In this document: positions 21,857 to 32,094 of the stretch, one piece after another
Layout: the number at the start of each line of letters is the position of its first letter
How positions within the stretch are numbered: the first letter of the stretch is position 1
Virus record (IMG/VR): IMGVR_UViG_3300031994_000022
Reading direction: 5' to 3' (one strand)
Origin: a virus
Taxonomy: Duplodnaviria; Caudoviricetes
Length of the DNA stretch: 64,000 bases
Made by a program: the position numbers and the translations under genes
Notes under the pieces: generated by a model
The model's database searches: none
What the model was told of the DNA's origin: nothing
The model's input: the letters and a program-made list of their open reading frames with translations, nothing else

Positions 21857-21872
21857 CATATTAATATATAAT
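21844..21872 (+). promoter_or_regulatory. sigma-A-type promoter for the intron-borne antisense gene
   Basis: TTGTAT(21844-49)-N17-TATAAT(21867-72); AAGGAG RBS at 21895-21900; ATG at 21909. Confidence 0.65.
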
Positions 21873-22938
21873 ATCTTTGTGAAACATTATATATAAGGAG
21901 AGTACATTATGGGGATATTAAGATATTGTCAACATTGTATGGGAATAAATAAAACTAGTAAAGAAGAAACTGATCCGAGAAATGGTTTTACAGTAACATT
22001 AGTTTATTATACGTTTTATCATGGCTTTGTAGCCAATGATATGGTAACAACATGCCCAATGTGTCAAGGCGAATTAACAAAAATGAACCTAACCACAGAA
22101 GAGTGGAAGTATACAACTAATGTATCACTTGACCAAGATTTCATTTTTGCAATGGACAAATTAAAACAAGATGATATAATCGAATTTAATATAAAAATTG
22201 CAAAATTTAAAGAAACTTATGATACCGTTGAACTTGCTCGTGTTCAAGCTAGATCTACAAGTTCGTCATCTACCCAATCCACCAACATCCCCAAATGCCC
22301 AACGTGTGGCAGTACCGACATCAAGAAAATATCCGGTACAAAGAGATGGTTGGGTACAGGATTGTTTGGTCTTGCTTCATCCGATTTAGGAAAGACTATG
22401 CAGTGCAACTCGTGTGGATATAAGTTTTAAATATTTCTACTCATGCGCACAAACCGCTAGTAGAAGAGTAGTAGCACTACTAGCCGGAGCTTTTTCATAG
22501 GCTTCTCAAACCTATGTCTTGGACTCTACCTTCATGCCTTTCGACACGCCCACTTGAGAGCCTCTGGGGGCGACACTTATTAACTGTTCAAAAATTGCTA
22601 AATTTGAACAGTTAAAAAAAATAATAATTATTTAAGTGTTCAAAATTTGCCAAATTTGAATAGTTACCAGTACGTCTCCCTGCTGATTGGATTATTGGGT
22701 AGGATATAACGGTGTACCGTTATACTTGAGAACCAATAACCTTTCCAGTCCTTGTGCGAGCCTCACGGACATCGCAGAGTGCGGAGCTACCCACACCCAT
22801 ATCAGTGGTACGAGAGCCAATAAAACCCTCGTTTGATTTTACTTGTGTATCCTACGCCAATAATGGCGGTCTTTGTGTTTTACCCACGGTTATTTAGCCG
22901 TGGCACGGGAATACACCTGAGCCTACTTAATTACTTTA
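21857..22938 (-). mobile_element. Group I intron (1082 nt) in the tape measure gene
   Basis: P1: exon CUGGGU pairs with IGS GCUCAG, with a U.G pair at the splice site. P10: exon-2 CUAUUUAAU pairs with AUUAAGUAG. P3 GCUCGC/GUGGGC; Q AAUCAGCAGG; R CCAGAGGCUC; S AAGGUAGAGUCC (P7 GGCUC/GAGUC); P8 GUGUC-GAAA-GGCAU; terminal G at 21857. Confidence 0.9.
21909..22430 (+). CDS. Zinc-ribbon protein encoded antisense inside the intron
   Basis: Four CxxC pairs (CQHC, CPMC, CPTC, CNSC); Gly-rich hydrophobic WLGTGLFGLAS segment; own promoter and RBS; no homing-endonuclease motif recognised. Confidence 0.8.
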   Translation: MGILRYCQHCMGINKTSKEETDPRNGFTVTLVYYTFYHGFVANDMVTTCPMCQGELTKMNLTTEEWKYTTNVSLDQDFIFAMDKLKQDDIIEFNIKIAKFKETYDTVELARVQARSTSSSSTQSTNIPKCPTCGSTDIKKISGTKRWLGTGLFGLASSDLGKTMQCNSCGYKF

Positions 22939-25900
22939 ACCCAGCTTTTTGGTACCTATGACAGTACCAATACCTATAATGGCAGTTTTAAATAAACCAA
23001 TCTTATTAACAATAGCATCTAATATCTCGATAAATTTAGTTCCAGTATCAATTAAACCTTTAAGAAAATCGGAATTAATTGCATCATTTATTAATTCTTC
23101 AAGAGCTGCTTTTGCTCTATTTATGGAATATTCAAGACCTTGCTCAAAATTCTCTTGCTCACGCATAGCACTACCAGCACTATTCTCAGCAGTTTCGTAT
23201 GCAGATTCTAGAGTGTCAATATTGTCAAGAATGGCGAAAAGCGTATTCGCATTTCTTTTTCCAGCTAGTGCCTCTCCAAGAGATGCACGTTCTATATCAT
23301 CAAGATTCTTCCATTCTTTTCCAATACCTATAAGAATATCATATATAGATTTATATGTTTTTTGATCAGCTTCAAGAATATCAAAACCAGTAAGTGATTT
23401 AACTAAACCTTGGAGTTTAGAAGTTGTTTCGGTAAACTCATCTGCTTCTTCTCCAAGCTCCTCGAGATCCGTTTTAGATCCACGAATACGAGCCGAGAGA
23501 GTTTTGAATGTAGTACCTACAGATTCAGGATTCTGAACTACAGTATTTGCAGCAGTTACTAATGCCACAGATTGTTCTAAAGAAGTGTTAGCGGCATTAA
23601 GAGACGCAGCTGAACGCTGTAATGCCTCACCAATACCAGCGGTATCTATTGCATAATTATTTGCCACTTCATTAAATACATCCACAATATGTTCCGCTTC
23701 ATCAGCTTGCATCTGATAACCTTGTAAGGTTGATATAAGTGATTGATTAGCGGCATCAATATCTATACCATCACCAACATTTTTGTAAAGAAGTGCAACA
23801 CGAGCAAGTTCTTTGGCATCAGGTACATTGTATCCAAGACGTGCCCAATCAGCTGTTGCACTGATTGTGTCGGTTATAGTTGAACCTAAATCTTTAGCTG
23901 TATCAGCATACGATTGAAAATCGCCTTTAATCTGTTCAAGACTTTGTTCAGATACTTTAGCAAGTTCAACCATTTGAACGTTAAGATCTTGTATGGTTGT
24001 AAATGCTTGGCGAGCATAACGAATTATGTCTTGGAAACTAAAGTATTGAGCAAAGAACTTTGCATTCATATCAGATAAACGATGAGAGAATTGACTTAAA
24101 AATCCCCCTCCTTTTACATCATCACCTAATTCTTTAAATCGAGCATCAACCTTAAGTAATTCCGTGATAAGATCGTTTAATTCACTTTGAGGTTTAGAGG
24201 TATCAAAATTTTGAAACAAATTTTGTAATTTTAAATAGTCTTGATATACATCAGTTGCTTTAAAAGCACGTTTAGTATTTTTACTTAATACATCATTTAT
24301 CTTTGCTAAATTCTTCTGAATTGAATTCTCATTAGCTAACTTATTTTCAGCGAGAGTAGCTTCTTGAGTTAATTGTTTTAACCGATTTTTTGCCTCAGCT
24401 AACTCTTGCAATTCTTTTTCTGAAACAATATTAATGGTATCTGAATCACCTTGAATACGAGCCAATGTCGATCTTAATTCATCAATCTCACTAGAAAACT
24501 CAGGGATATATTTTCTCTTTTTCTCTAGTGTATCAAGTGAATTCATTGCATTATCAATATCTGAGATATATTTATTTAACGCTTTTTGATTTTGTAAATC
24601 TTTTAAATTTAATGCATCTTTAAGAGCCGCAGCACTAGTTGCTACACCTCTAGTAATTCGCTCATTTTCTTCCTCAGTAAAATTAAGTTTCTTAAGTTCG
24701 GTTATCTCATCATCAATCTTAGCGATTTCTTCATCTCTAACTGAATTATCGCCATTTTTTATTTTTTTGATCTCAAGTTTATTACGTTCATTAACCAACT
24801 TAATGTATCGGCTTATACTTTTTTCTCGCTCTTTATCTGAATCTGCATCGTCTGATTTTTTTGTCTTTGTTTTATTTTCAGATTTATTTAATTCTTCGTT
24901 GGCTTCAGCTACGGACTCTTTCGCTTTGGCAGTCTGTTTAGCCGATTCAGTAACGTTATCTAATGACGATGATTCACTATTCAACGATGCCTCTGTTGGC
25001 TCGGTTGACGCTGCTAATTCTTCGTTGGCTTCTTTTACAGACTTCTTAGCTTCAGCCGTTTGTTTTGCTGATTCTGTTACATTATCTAAATCCGTTTGAC
25101 TTATATGGGTTTCTATAGGTTTCTTATTTTTTACTTTAACATTTACGCTATTTTTACTATTTGTATCAATAGGATTATTGTTAATAATCTGTACTTGTGT
25201 AGTTATTTCTTTAAACTTTTCAATAACTGAATCTAACAATCCAGATATCTTTTCTAAAGATTCTCCAAATAAATCTTTTTTAGAAATATCAGATATTAAA
25301 TCTCTAATATCTGAAAGATATTGTACTATTTCTGTTAAATCTACTTTTTCGTCATCTAAATTAATAATTTCATCAGTGTCTTTTAATCCAGATTTTTCAC
25401 GCAGTTTGCTTCTAAAATAAGAATCATCTGGTGTAGGTAGGTTGATATTTGACAAGTCTAAACCAAACTCATCAAACCCCATAGCTTGTTTTAGAATTTT
25501 AAAAAAGTCCATATATCTATATATTTGACTTTCGGCTGATTCTAATTGTGAAACGTTAGATGAACCAAAAGTTTCATATAATTGATCTATACCACCTTTA
25601 AAATCTACAACATTATTAATATATGCAAATAATTTTTCTTCGCTTCCGGCTTGACCCACAACTTTTGAATATGCGTTCTTATATCTAGACATTGTAGATC
25701 TTAAATAATCTTTAGTCGCAGCTTCTCGTTCTTGAGCAATTCTATCTACTCCTTGATTGATTTGAACATTATAAACTCCAGTTCCGACTTTTTGATTTAC
25801 TTCATCGAGTTTACCTAATAAAATATCCACACTAGATATAATATTGGTAAAACCATTTTCATCATCGACAGAGCCTAACGTATTTCTTATATCTAGCAAA

Positions 25901-26949
25901 TGTTTAGATATTTGTTCTAAAACATCAATCAACGGTTTAAGACTCTCATCATTTACCGAACTTTTTAATGTGTCTCCTAATAATTCGGCATTTTCACTCG
26001 CCTCTTTTGCTTCGGTTGATATTTCTGACGTAGCATCATTTGCTTTTTTTATTTGATCGGGGGAGATGTATACTTTATCTTGTAATCTTCCAAAGGAGTC
26101 TTCAATATCTTTTACTTCAAATCCCATTTCAGACATGAGTTGAATTAAATCAAATACTTTTTGTTGAAATACACCCCAACTTTCTTCATCAAAACTAAGA
26201 AATTCTCCATCTTTTGCAGAACTACTCATTTCATCCATAGCAGATTTCAAATCAGCCATCATTCTGTCTCTAGTAGCACGATACTCTTCACGTTTTTGTC
26301 GTTCCGCTTCTCTTACAGCATCCGCCGTCCTTTTTGCTTCTTCTCGTTGCTGTTTCAATAAATCAGATTGCTGCTTTACATAATTCTCATTAGCATCATA
26401 TGTAATATCTGACATATGACTATTTAATTGTTGATTCGCTTTATTTGTAAAATTATCATAATACTCTTTTAAATAATCTTGTTTAAAAACATCAGAATTA
26501 TTAAAAATACTGTCAAATATATTTTTATAAATAGACGAAATTTCTTGACCGAATTTATTTGAATAAGTTTCCAAAAATGCGTAAAATTTTAAAAAGTATT
26601 TTTCGCCCTTACTTATTGATTCAGATGATATCTTTGAAATATCAAAAGATTCGATAAACTTTTCAATATCCACGCCAGAATTTAAAGCTTCTTTTTTTAT
26701 AGAGTCAATATCTTTTTTTACAGTTTTGGTATTCCATAATTCCAAATCTGTTCTTTTAGTATTTCTAGCTTCATCCCATAATTCATTTATTGATTTTTTT
26801 AATTTCTTTACTTCCGAATCATCGGCTTTGGGAGTTAATTTCGTTTGATTAATTTTATTTTGAGTGTCTAAAACCGATTCGAGTCTAGACACTAATCCAT
26901 CTAAAGCGGAGGTATCAACACCACCACTACCAGTTACACCTTTAGGCAT
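22939..26949 (-). CDS. Tape measure protein, exon 1 (TP901-type core)
   Basis: TP901-family core (ATADWARLGY...IVDVFNEVANNYAI...VGTTFKTLSARIRG). The ORF-track stop TAA is the first three nt of the intron. Confidence 0.9.
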
Positions 26950-26967
26950 AGCATCTTACCTCCTTTA

Positions 26968-27489
26968 CTAATATAATCTTTCTACTGCTTTATAAACTTT
27001 GCTCATTACGCTATCAAATTCTTTTTGTTTTTCATCATCTATTTCCTTTATTTTTTTATTCATTTCCGAAACCATTTTTGTATAAGGACTAAAACTTCTT
27101 TTAGCCGGTCTTCCCCATTCTGTAAATTGTGGGATTGGAGTCCTCCAATATGGAATTCCTGGATGTGGATGATTTTTACCTTTATACGCTCCACCGTGAT
27201 AACCTTGCATAAAAGAGTTTTCAAATATGATTTCATTTCCCAAAAATGAAGCATCAAAATCTACGCTATAATCCGTTCCGTTTAAGTTAACTTTAAAAGC
27301 GTTATATAAAGAGCCGGAGCGATCATATAAAATAGGGTCATATTGCGAATACCATCGAGTAATCACGTCATCTCCAATTAAATATAATTCCTCGGCATAT
27401 CTTTTAGGATAAACTTCATTCATTTTTTCTAATTTACTTTTTGCTTTTTTTATAGCGTTAATCGCTGCAATAATATCACGAGTCCTCAA
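26968..27489 (-). CDS. Hypothetical tail-region protein
   Basis: Likely TTG start at 27489 after GGAGGTGA; WY..Y.P..Y.R...LY motif. Confidence 0.6.
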   Translation of the reverse strand: MRTRDIIAAINAIKKAKSKLEKMNEVYPKRYAEELYLIGDDVITRWYSQYDPILYDRSGSLYNAFKVNLNGTDYSVDFDASFLGNEIIFENSFMQGYHGGAYKGKNHPHPGIPYWRTPIPQFTEWGRPAKRSFSPYTKMVSEMNKKIKEIDDEKQKEFDSVMSKVYKAVERLY

Positions 27490-27512
27490 ATCACTCACCT
27501 CCAATAATATAA

Positions 27513-27710
27513 TCAATACAATAGCAACACCTCCGTCAAAGTAATTCCTAAACAATTCAACATCTTCTCGGCATTCTCTGGATTGGGCACAATATCTCTT
27601 ATTACAGTTTTTTCTATTATCTCGTAAGCTAATCCCGTTTCTTTAACAAGATCGCTCACCGATTTATTCTGCTGATACATCAGATCTTTAATTAAATCTA
27701 CAATTATCAT
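27513..27710 (-). CDS. Small Cro/XRE-like HTH protein
   Basis: IK.LM..QN.SV.DL..ETGL....I......P......K....LG.T..EV pattern. Confidence 0.6.
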   Translation of the reverse strand: MIIVDLIKDLMYQQNKSVSDLVKETGLAYEIIEKTVIRDIVPNPENAEKMLNCLGITLTEVLLLY

Positions 27711-27872
27711 TTCTTTTTCTCCTTTATATTTAGTACGTAATCTTTACAATTACGCTATATTGGAATTAAATATGTTATACATAACACAATGAATATAAAA
27801 TATGTCATCTATAACATATTCAACTAAAAAAAGCCCAAGAGCGACTATCCACCCTTGGGCTATAATCACTTG

Positions 27873-28286
27873 TTAATTCTGCTTACTCATTTGATCCATA
27901 AGTCTTTCCACAGCTTTACGATCTCGTTCGTCTACAGCCATATCCATAGCTCTTTCAAGCTGATCCAGCATCATTACTTTACTCTCATCACGAGAATATT
28001 CACCATTCATGCTGTGACCATAAGAACTACGTCCATAACTTCTGTTATACATAGGGTTCATTCTGTTAGAACGACCTCTCATAGCATAACTATTTCCGTT
28101 GGTATAACTACCTCCGGTCTGAGAATATCCCATTGAATCTTGAATTGAATCCATTTCATAAATATCCTTTACGATATCTATAAAACTATATAACATTTCG
28201 ACATCTTGCTTATCGAATTTTTGCTTGTTTAAGATATCATCTATTTCACAACAAGCTCTATCATAAGTCTTATCTATTATATCCAT
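27873..28286 (-). CDS. Cassette gene 6: helical protein with a Gly/Ser/Tyr/Arg low-complexity linker
   Basis: RBS AGGAGG; composition; terminator-like hairpin at ~27832-27861. Confidence 0.7.
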   Translation of the reverse strand: MDIIDKTYDRACCEIDDILNKQKFDKQDVEMLYSFIDIVKDIYEMDSIQDSMGYSQTGGSYTNGNSYAMRGRSNRMNPMYNRSYGRSSYGHSMNGEYSRDESKVMMLDQLERAMDMAVDERDRKAVERLMDQMSKQN

Positions 28287-28304
28287 CTTGAAATACCTCC
28301 TTTC

Positions 28305-28760
28305 CTACGCTATTCTGTCTAAATCGATAATCGCATTTTTAACAAGTATCGGTTGAGTACTTGTATTAGTAATTGCAACATTTTGACAACATCCACGAGG
28401 AATAGGTATTTCAACTGTTCTAGCTACATTAAAGAAGTTAGCATCAGTTGGAGGATCAGTTGCTACTGCAGCAGGAGTTACCACCATTGTTGTAGCAGGT
28501 TCTGTAACACCATTAACAGTAACTGCAAGACTTATTGCTTCAGCTGTACCAGTAGAGAGTACTGCTATGTTTGCGCTAAAGTCTATTGACAACCTTCCAT
28601 ACATTGCACAAGGATTATTTACAACGCCTCGAACTTGAAAAAGTCCAGAGTCATTTTGGTGTACAATATATCCATTGTTACAAGGAAAGAAATCATTGCT
28701 AAAAACGACAGTGGCACCAGGTGCAACTGTCTGAACTATATTTTCTCTATATTCAGCCAT
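28305..28760 (-). CDS. Cassette gene 5: beta-sandwich, BclA-C/C1q-like
   Basis: QTVAPG..V.F...SGLF.VRG...F.ANIA...ISLA...NG..EP pattern; all-beta composition. Confidence 0.6.
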   Translation of the reverse strand: MAEYRENIVQTVAPGATVVFSNDFFPCNNGYIVHQNDSGLFQVRGVVNNPCAMYGRLSIDFSANIAVLSTGTAEAISLAVTVNGVTEPATTMVVTPAAVATDPPTDANFFNVARTVEIPIPRGCCQNVAITNTSTQPILVKNAIIDLDRIA

Positions 28761-28891
28761 AATTGTTTACCACCTTTCATATTTAAAAAGTCGTCCGACC
28801 TCCAAGACGGAAGCCGAACGACTCGGTATCAAAATTAGTATTTAAACTAAAAATTTCTTACGAAAAAATGTTACCTATTAGAATGAAAGGG

Positions 28892-29623
28892 TTATGCTCC
28901 ATAACCGCATCCGTATCCGTAATTGTAACCACATCCACATCCATTTGGATTCTGTACAATATAGGCAGGGATTGGTACTGGTGCCAGATATCTTTCGAGA
29001 GCACTCGTCTGTGCTTCATTGTTTGCAATTATAGCTGCAGTCTGCGCATTCTGTGACGCAGCAAGCTGTGACATAGTAAGTTGCTGCTGAAGAGCTGCAA
29101 TTTGCTCGTTCTTTGCGTCTATCTTATCAGCACACATCTGATCTAATATACGCTGTGTTGAAGCGTTATTTGCTTCAAGTACATCTCTAAGAGCATCGCT
29201 AATACTTGCCCTATCTGCACAAGCTTCACGAGCTATATCGGCTGATAAATTAGCTATAGCTAATCTGTTTTCACAGCAACATGAAGCCTGATTGGCTGCC
29301 ATGTTTGTTAACTGATTTGTGATATTTGCAGTCTGGTTGCATCTTGAAACTTCTGCATTACTAAGAGATGTCTGGATTCCAGAAATACCTGACATTATTG
29401 CAGACTGGTCGAAACCACGCTGAACGTCATTTACAACATAAGGAACTCCGCCGTAACCACCGTTACTGCCGTTGCCCCAACCATTATTTCCCCAACCGCC
29501 AAATGCGAAGAGGAAGAGGAGTATAAGCCACCAGCCATCTCCTCCGTTGCCGAAGCCGAATCCATTTCCATTTGTTACTGCTGCAACATCTGCTGCACTT
29601 AAAGAACCATCACTAATTGCCAT
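28892..29623 (-). CDS. Cassette gene 4: Gly-rich hydrophobic N-segment plus long Gln/Ala coiled coil
   Basis: GFGFGNGGDGWWLILLFLFAFGGWG followed by heptads; CCC motif; CGCGY..GCG tail. Confidence 0.75.
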   Translation of the reverse strand: MAISDGSLSAADVAAVTNGNGFGFGNGGDGWWLILLFLFAFGGWGNNGWGNGSNGGYGGVPYVVNDVQRGFDQSAIMSGISGIQTSLSNAEVSRCNQTANITNQLTNMAANQASCCCENRLAIANLSADIAREACADRASISDALRDVLEANNASTQRILDQMCADKIDAKNEQIAALQQQLTMSQLAASQNAQTAAIIANNEAQTSALERYLAPVPIPAYIVQNPNGCGCGYNYGYGCGYGA

Positions 29624-29721
29624 AATTTTGTTCTCCTTTTCATAATTTTATTAATTGATGCGTCCATCAATCCTTACGTAAGGAATTTATTAAAACAGCT
29701 ATTAAGCTGAATTAAACAAAA

Positions 29722-29940
29722 TTAAAAACGACCACTCATCATCTGCTGAAATTGAGTAGCCGCTTGAGATAATTGATTAAATTGTTCTTGAGTCATTTGA
29801 CCACTATTGAGTAAATCTTGTACTCTCTGTTTTGGGTCGCCTTGAAAACTTTGTCTAAACTGATTAAACTGACTCATCATATTGGCAAAGCCATTATTTT
29901 GTTGCTTGCCAAACATATTAAATAGTGAACTTACCGCCAT
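29722..29940 (-). CDS. Cassette gene 3: Gln/Met-rich small protein
   Basis: QFNQFRQSFQGDPKQ.VQ.LLNSGQMTQ.QFNQL; start overlaps the upstream gene end. Confidence 0.7.
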   Translation of the reverse strand: MAVSSLFNMFGKQQNNGFANMMSQFNQFRQSFQGDPKQRVQDLLNSGQMTQEQFNQLSQAATQFQQMMSGRF

Positions 29941-30487
29941 CTGTTTCTGTCTCCTTCCTTGTATTATTAAAAGTATTTCCAGTAAAAGTAGAAGATATAG
30001 TTGAAGTGTTATTAGGTTTTGTTTCTAATTCTAAAATTCTAAATTCTAAATCACTGTACTTCTTTTTTAATTCATCATACTTTTCTTTGGTGACATAATT
30101 ACTCATATCTATTTGAGGTTGGACAACTTCCTTTTGAACTTCTTGAACAACCTCAGCTGTAACTTCCACGGGTGGATCACTAAGAACTTTTTTAACTAGA
30201 GGTAATGGTATTCCGTTATTATCCACTGTTTTAAAATATACAAAATCTCCTTCGGAATCGAAGAGTGGAACGGTAGTGCCTCTAGCAACTGGATACGACT
30301 TAGCTCCAGCTTCTCCTTGAACCCATGCGAAATATGAGTTAGACGGTGATGTTCCCGACATTTGTGTCGGTAACATTTGTTCGTTCATTTGTTGGGGATA
30401 CATTATTGGTTGTTGAAGCATAGTTGGTTGCATCAACGTAGGGTAGTATCCTAAATTATAATTACTTGGTGTTGTGTAGTAAGCCAT
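29918..30487 (-). CDS. Cassette gene 2: Gln/Pro-rich N-terminus plus WVQGEAGAKSY domain
   Basis: RBS AGGAGG; globular block followed by YVTKEKYDEL coiled coil. Confidence 0.7.
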   Translation of the reverse strand: MAYYTTPSNYNLGYYPTLMQPTMLQQPIMYPQQMNEQMLPTQMSGTSPSNSYFAWVQGEAGAKSYPVARGTTVPLFDSEGDFVYFKTVDNNGIPLPLVKKVLSDPPVEVTAEVVQEVQKEVVQPQIDMSNYVTKEKYDELKKKYSDLEFRILELETKPNNTSTISSTFTGNTFNNTRKETETDGGKFTI

Positions 30488-30514
30488 TACAACTTACCTC
30501 CTTTCATTTAAAAT

Positions 30515-30889
30515 CTATCTTTCATAATAAAAAATTGGAACTTCCATTAAAGAGTTCCAATCATCATAAGCTATTCCATTTTTTACAGCGATTACGTGAC
30601 TACCAGTTGCTAACACATAATCTCCGCTTGGATGATCATAACAAAAATCATCCACCGTATAACAATCAGGACAAGTATTCGGAATGACTTTACGGACAAA
30701 ACCACAACCTCTAAGATATGAATCCCATACCGAATTACTACTAGGCATATCTTTCATTAAATATCCCTGAATACATAATTCTATATAAGTCTTATCCCAA
30801 GATTGATTTAATACTTTAGAAATAGCACGTATTGTACAATCCCCAACCGACTTGTAGTTGGGGTTCTCATTATAGTGTCTGTAAGCCAT
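30515..30889 (-). CDS. Cassette gene 1: putative Cys-His peptidase-like protein
   Basis: GDCTIRAI ... SHVIAV ... YDDWNS spacing resembles a papain-like Cys/His/Asp triad. Confidence 0.5.
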   Translation of the reverse strand: MAYRHYNENPNYKSVGDCTIRAISKVLNQSWDKTYIELCIQGYLMKDMPSSNSVWDSYLRGCGFVRKVIPNTCPDCYTVDDFCYDHPSGDYVLATGSHVIAVKNGIAYDDWNSLMEVPIFYYER

Positions 30890-30910
30890 AACTCATACCT
30901 CCGTTGGATA

Positions 30911-31429
30911 TTATTCTACTTGCTTTTTTAATTCTTCTATTACTGAGTTTATGAGTTCTTCAGATATAGAAAACTCTTGTTTGAGATTGTAAAGTAGAGC
31001 AGTAACAGAATATTCATTCTTTATAAAATCATCTAATCGCATCTTGAGCAGAGTCTGAAATTCCGCATATTCCGATGGTGGAATAGCAGCAATCAATGCG
31101 TCGATTGCTCCGACTTTATTAAGCTCATCGTAATAATAATCTATAGAATGCTCATCATCTATTTTAAGTTCTATGTTTGTATAGTTCTCAATAAGTTTCA
31201 TATAAAAAAACATATAACGACTTGGACTATTAAAAACTATCAATGATCTATCTCCATCTTGTTTTCTACAGGTGGCATTAATTATGCCTTCACAAATAAC
31301 CACCTTATTGAGATAGTTAATATAATCAGTAACTATATGCTGTTTAATGAAGTTTTCCATAGCAGACCCTTTTTGTTTCGCTGCTACGTTATATTGCCTT
31401 AAAAATGCATCGACCGATATTTTTCCCAT
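30911..31429 (-). CDS. Hypothetical protein, possible tail assembly chaperone
   Basis: Helical ORF upstream of the tape-measure region; Y...NI.......YDEL..G motif. Confidence 0.45.
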   Translation of the reverse strand: MGKISVDAFLRQYNVAAKQKGSAMENFIKQHIVTDYINYLNKVVICEGIINATCRKQDGDRSLIVFNSPSRYMFFYMKLIENYTNIELKIDDEHSIDYYYDELNKVGAIDALIAAIPPSEYAEFQTLLKMRLDDFIKNEYSVTALLYNLKQEFSISEELINSVIEELKKQVE

Positions 31430-31446
31430 TATTCATTACCTCCAAA

Positions 31447-31863
31447 TCACTCTTCAATTAAATTATATAAAACCATTAAATAATCAGCTGGTATACCAGC
31501 GTCTATAATATCTGTGTATTTTATCTTCTTTATTTGTAAATCTGATTCAGAATGAAGTATCTCATCCAAATCCTTATTAAAGTTATTCATTGTTTCCTCA
31601 AAGTTCTTATGCGCCTCTTGGAAATCTGTTATGGTTTCGAAATCCTCCTCGTGAGGTTCAAATATTCCAAATCTACCTTCGGAATCATAAGACCCATACT
31701 TCTGTATTTTTTCTTCTCTGATAGTATTGAAATTATCTACCGTTGGTTCAAATTGTTTAAGCATGCCGAGAAGTTTAAATTTAGCCAAACTATTTACTTC
31801 CGGTACATTATCAATAATTCTCTTAATTACTCGACTGTATGTTAATACGTCTTCAATTGTCAT
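31447..31863 (-). CDS. Hypothetical protein
   Basis: 138-aa ORF in operon; I.KYG motif. Confidence 0.55.
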   Translation of the reverse strand: MTIEDVLTYSRVIKRIIDNVPEVNSLAKFKLLGMLKQFEPTVDNFNTIREEKIQKYGSYDSEGRFGIFEPHEEDFETITDFQEAHKNFEETMNNFNKDLDEILHSESDLQIKKIKYTDIIDAGIPADYLMVLYNLIEE

Positions 31864-31884
31864 ATCCTTTTTTCTCCTTATTTG

Positions 31885-32079
31885 TTATTTCACTGTAAAT
31901 CTAAAATTATATCCATCACTTGTGTGAATATGATATTCGTTATTTTCGCAGAAATATTTCATGTTTGTAATCTGTGTATTAGTATTAATATCCATTAGAA
32001 GATTACATTCTTCTGGAGTCACCGTATAATTACGGTCTTGTAAAAATCTCTCGATTTCGTGCGAATACATTAATACCAC
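31885..32079 (-). CDS. Hypothetical protein
   Basis: Short ORF packed in the operon. Confidence 0.5.
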   Translation of the reverse strand: MVLMYSHEIERFLQDRNYTVTPEECNLLMDINTNTQITNMKYFCENNEYHIHTSDGYNFRFTVK

Positions 32080-32094
32080 CTTCTTATGGTTTAA

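Noticed and set aside
15773-26949. Tape measure as a broken pseudogene or two independent genes
   Set aside because: A complete group I core with P1/P10 gives an exact in-frame splice, and the exon-2 ATG has no RBS.
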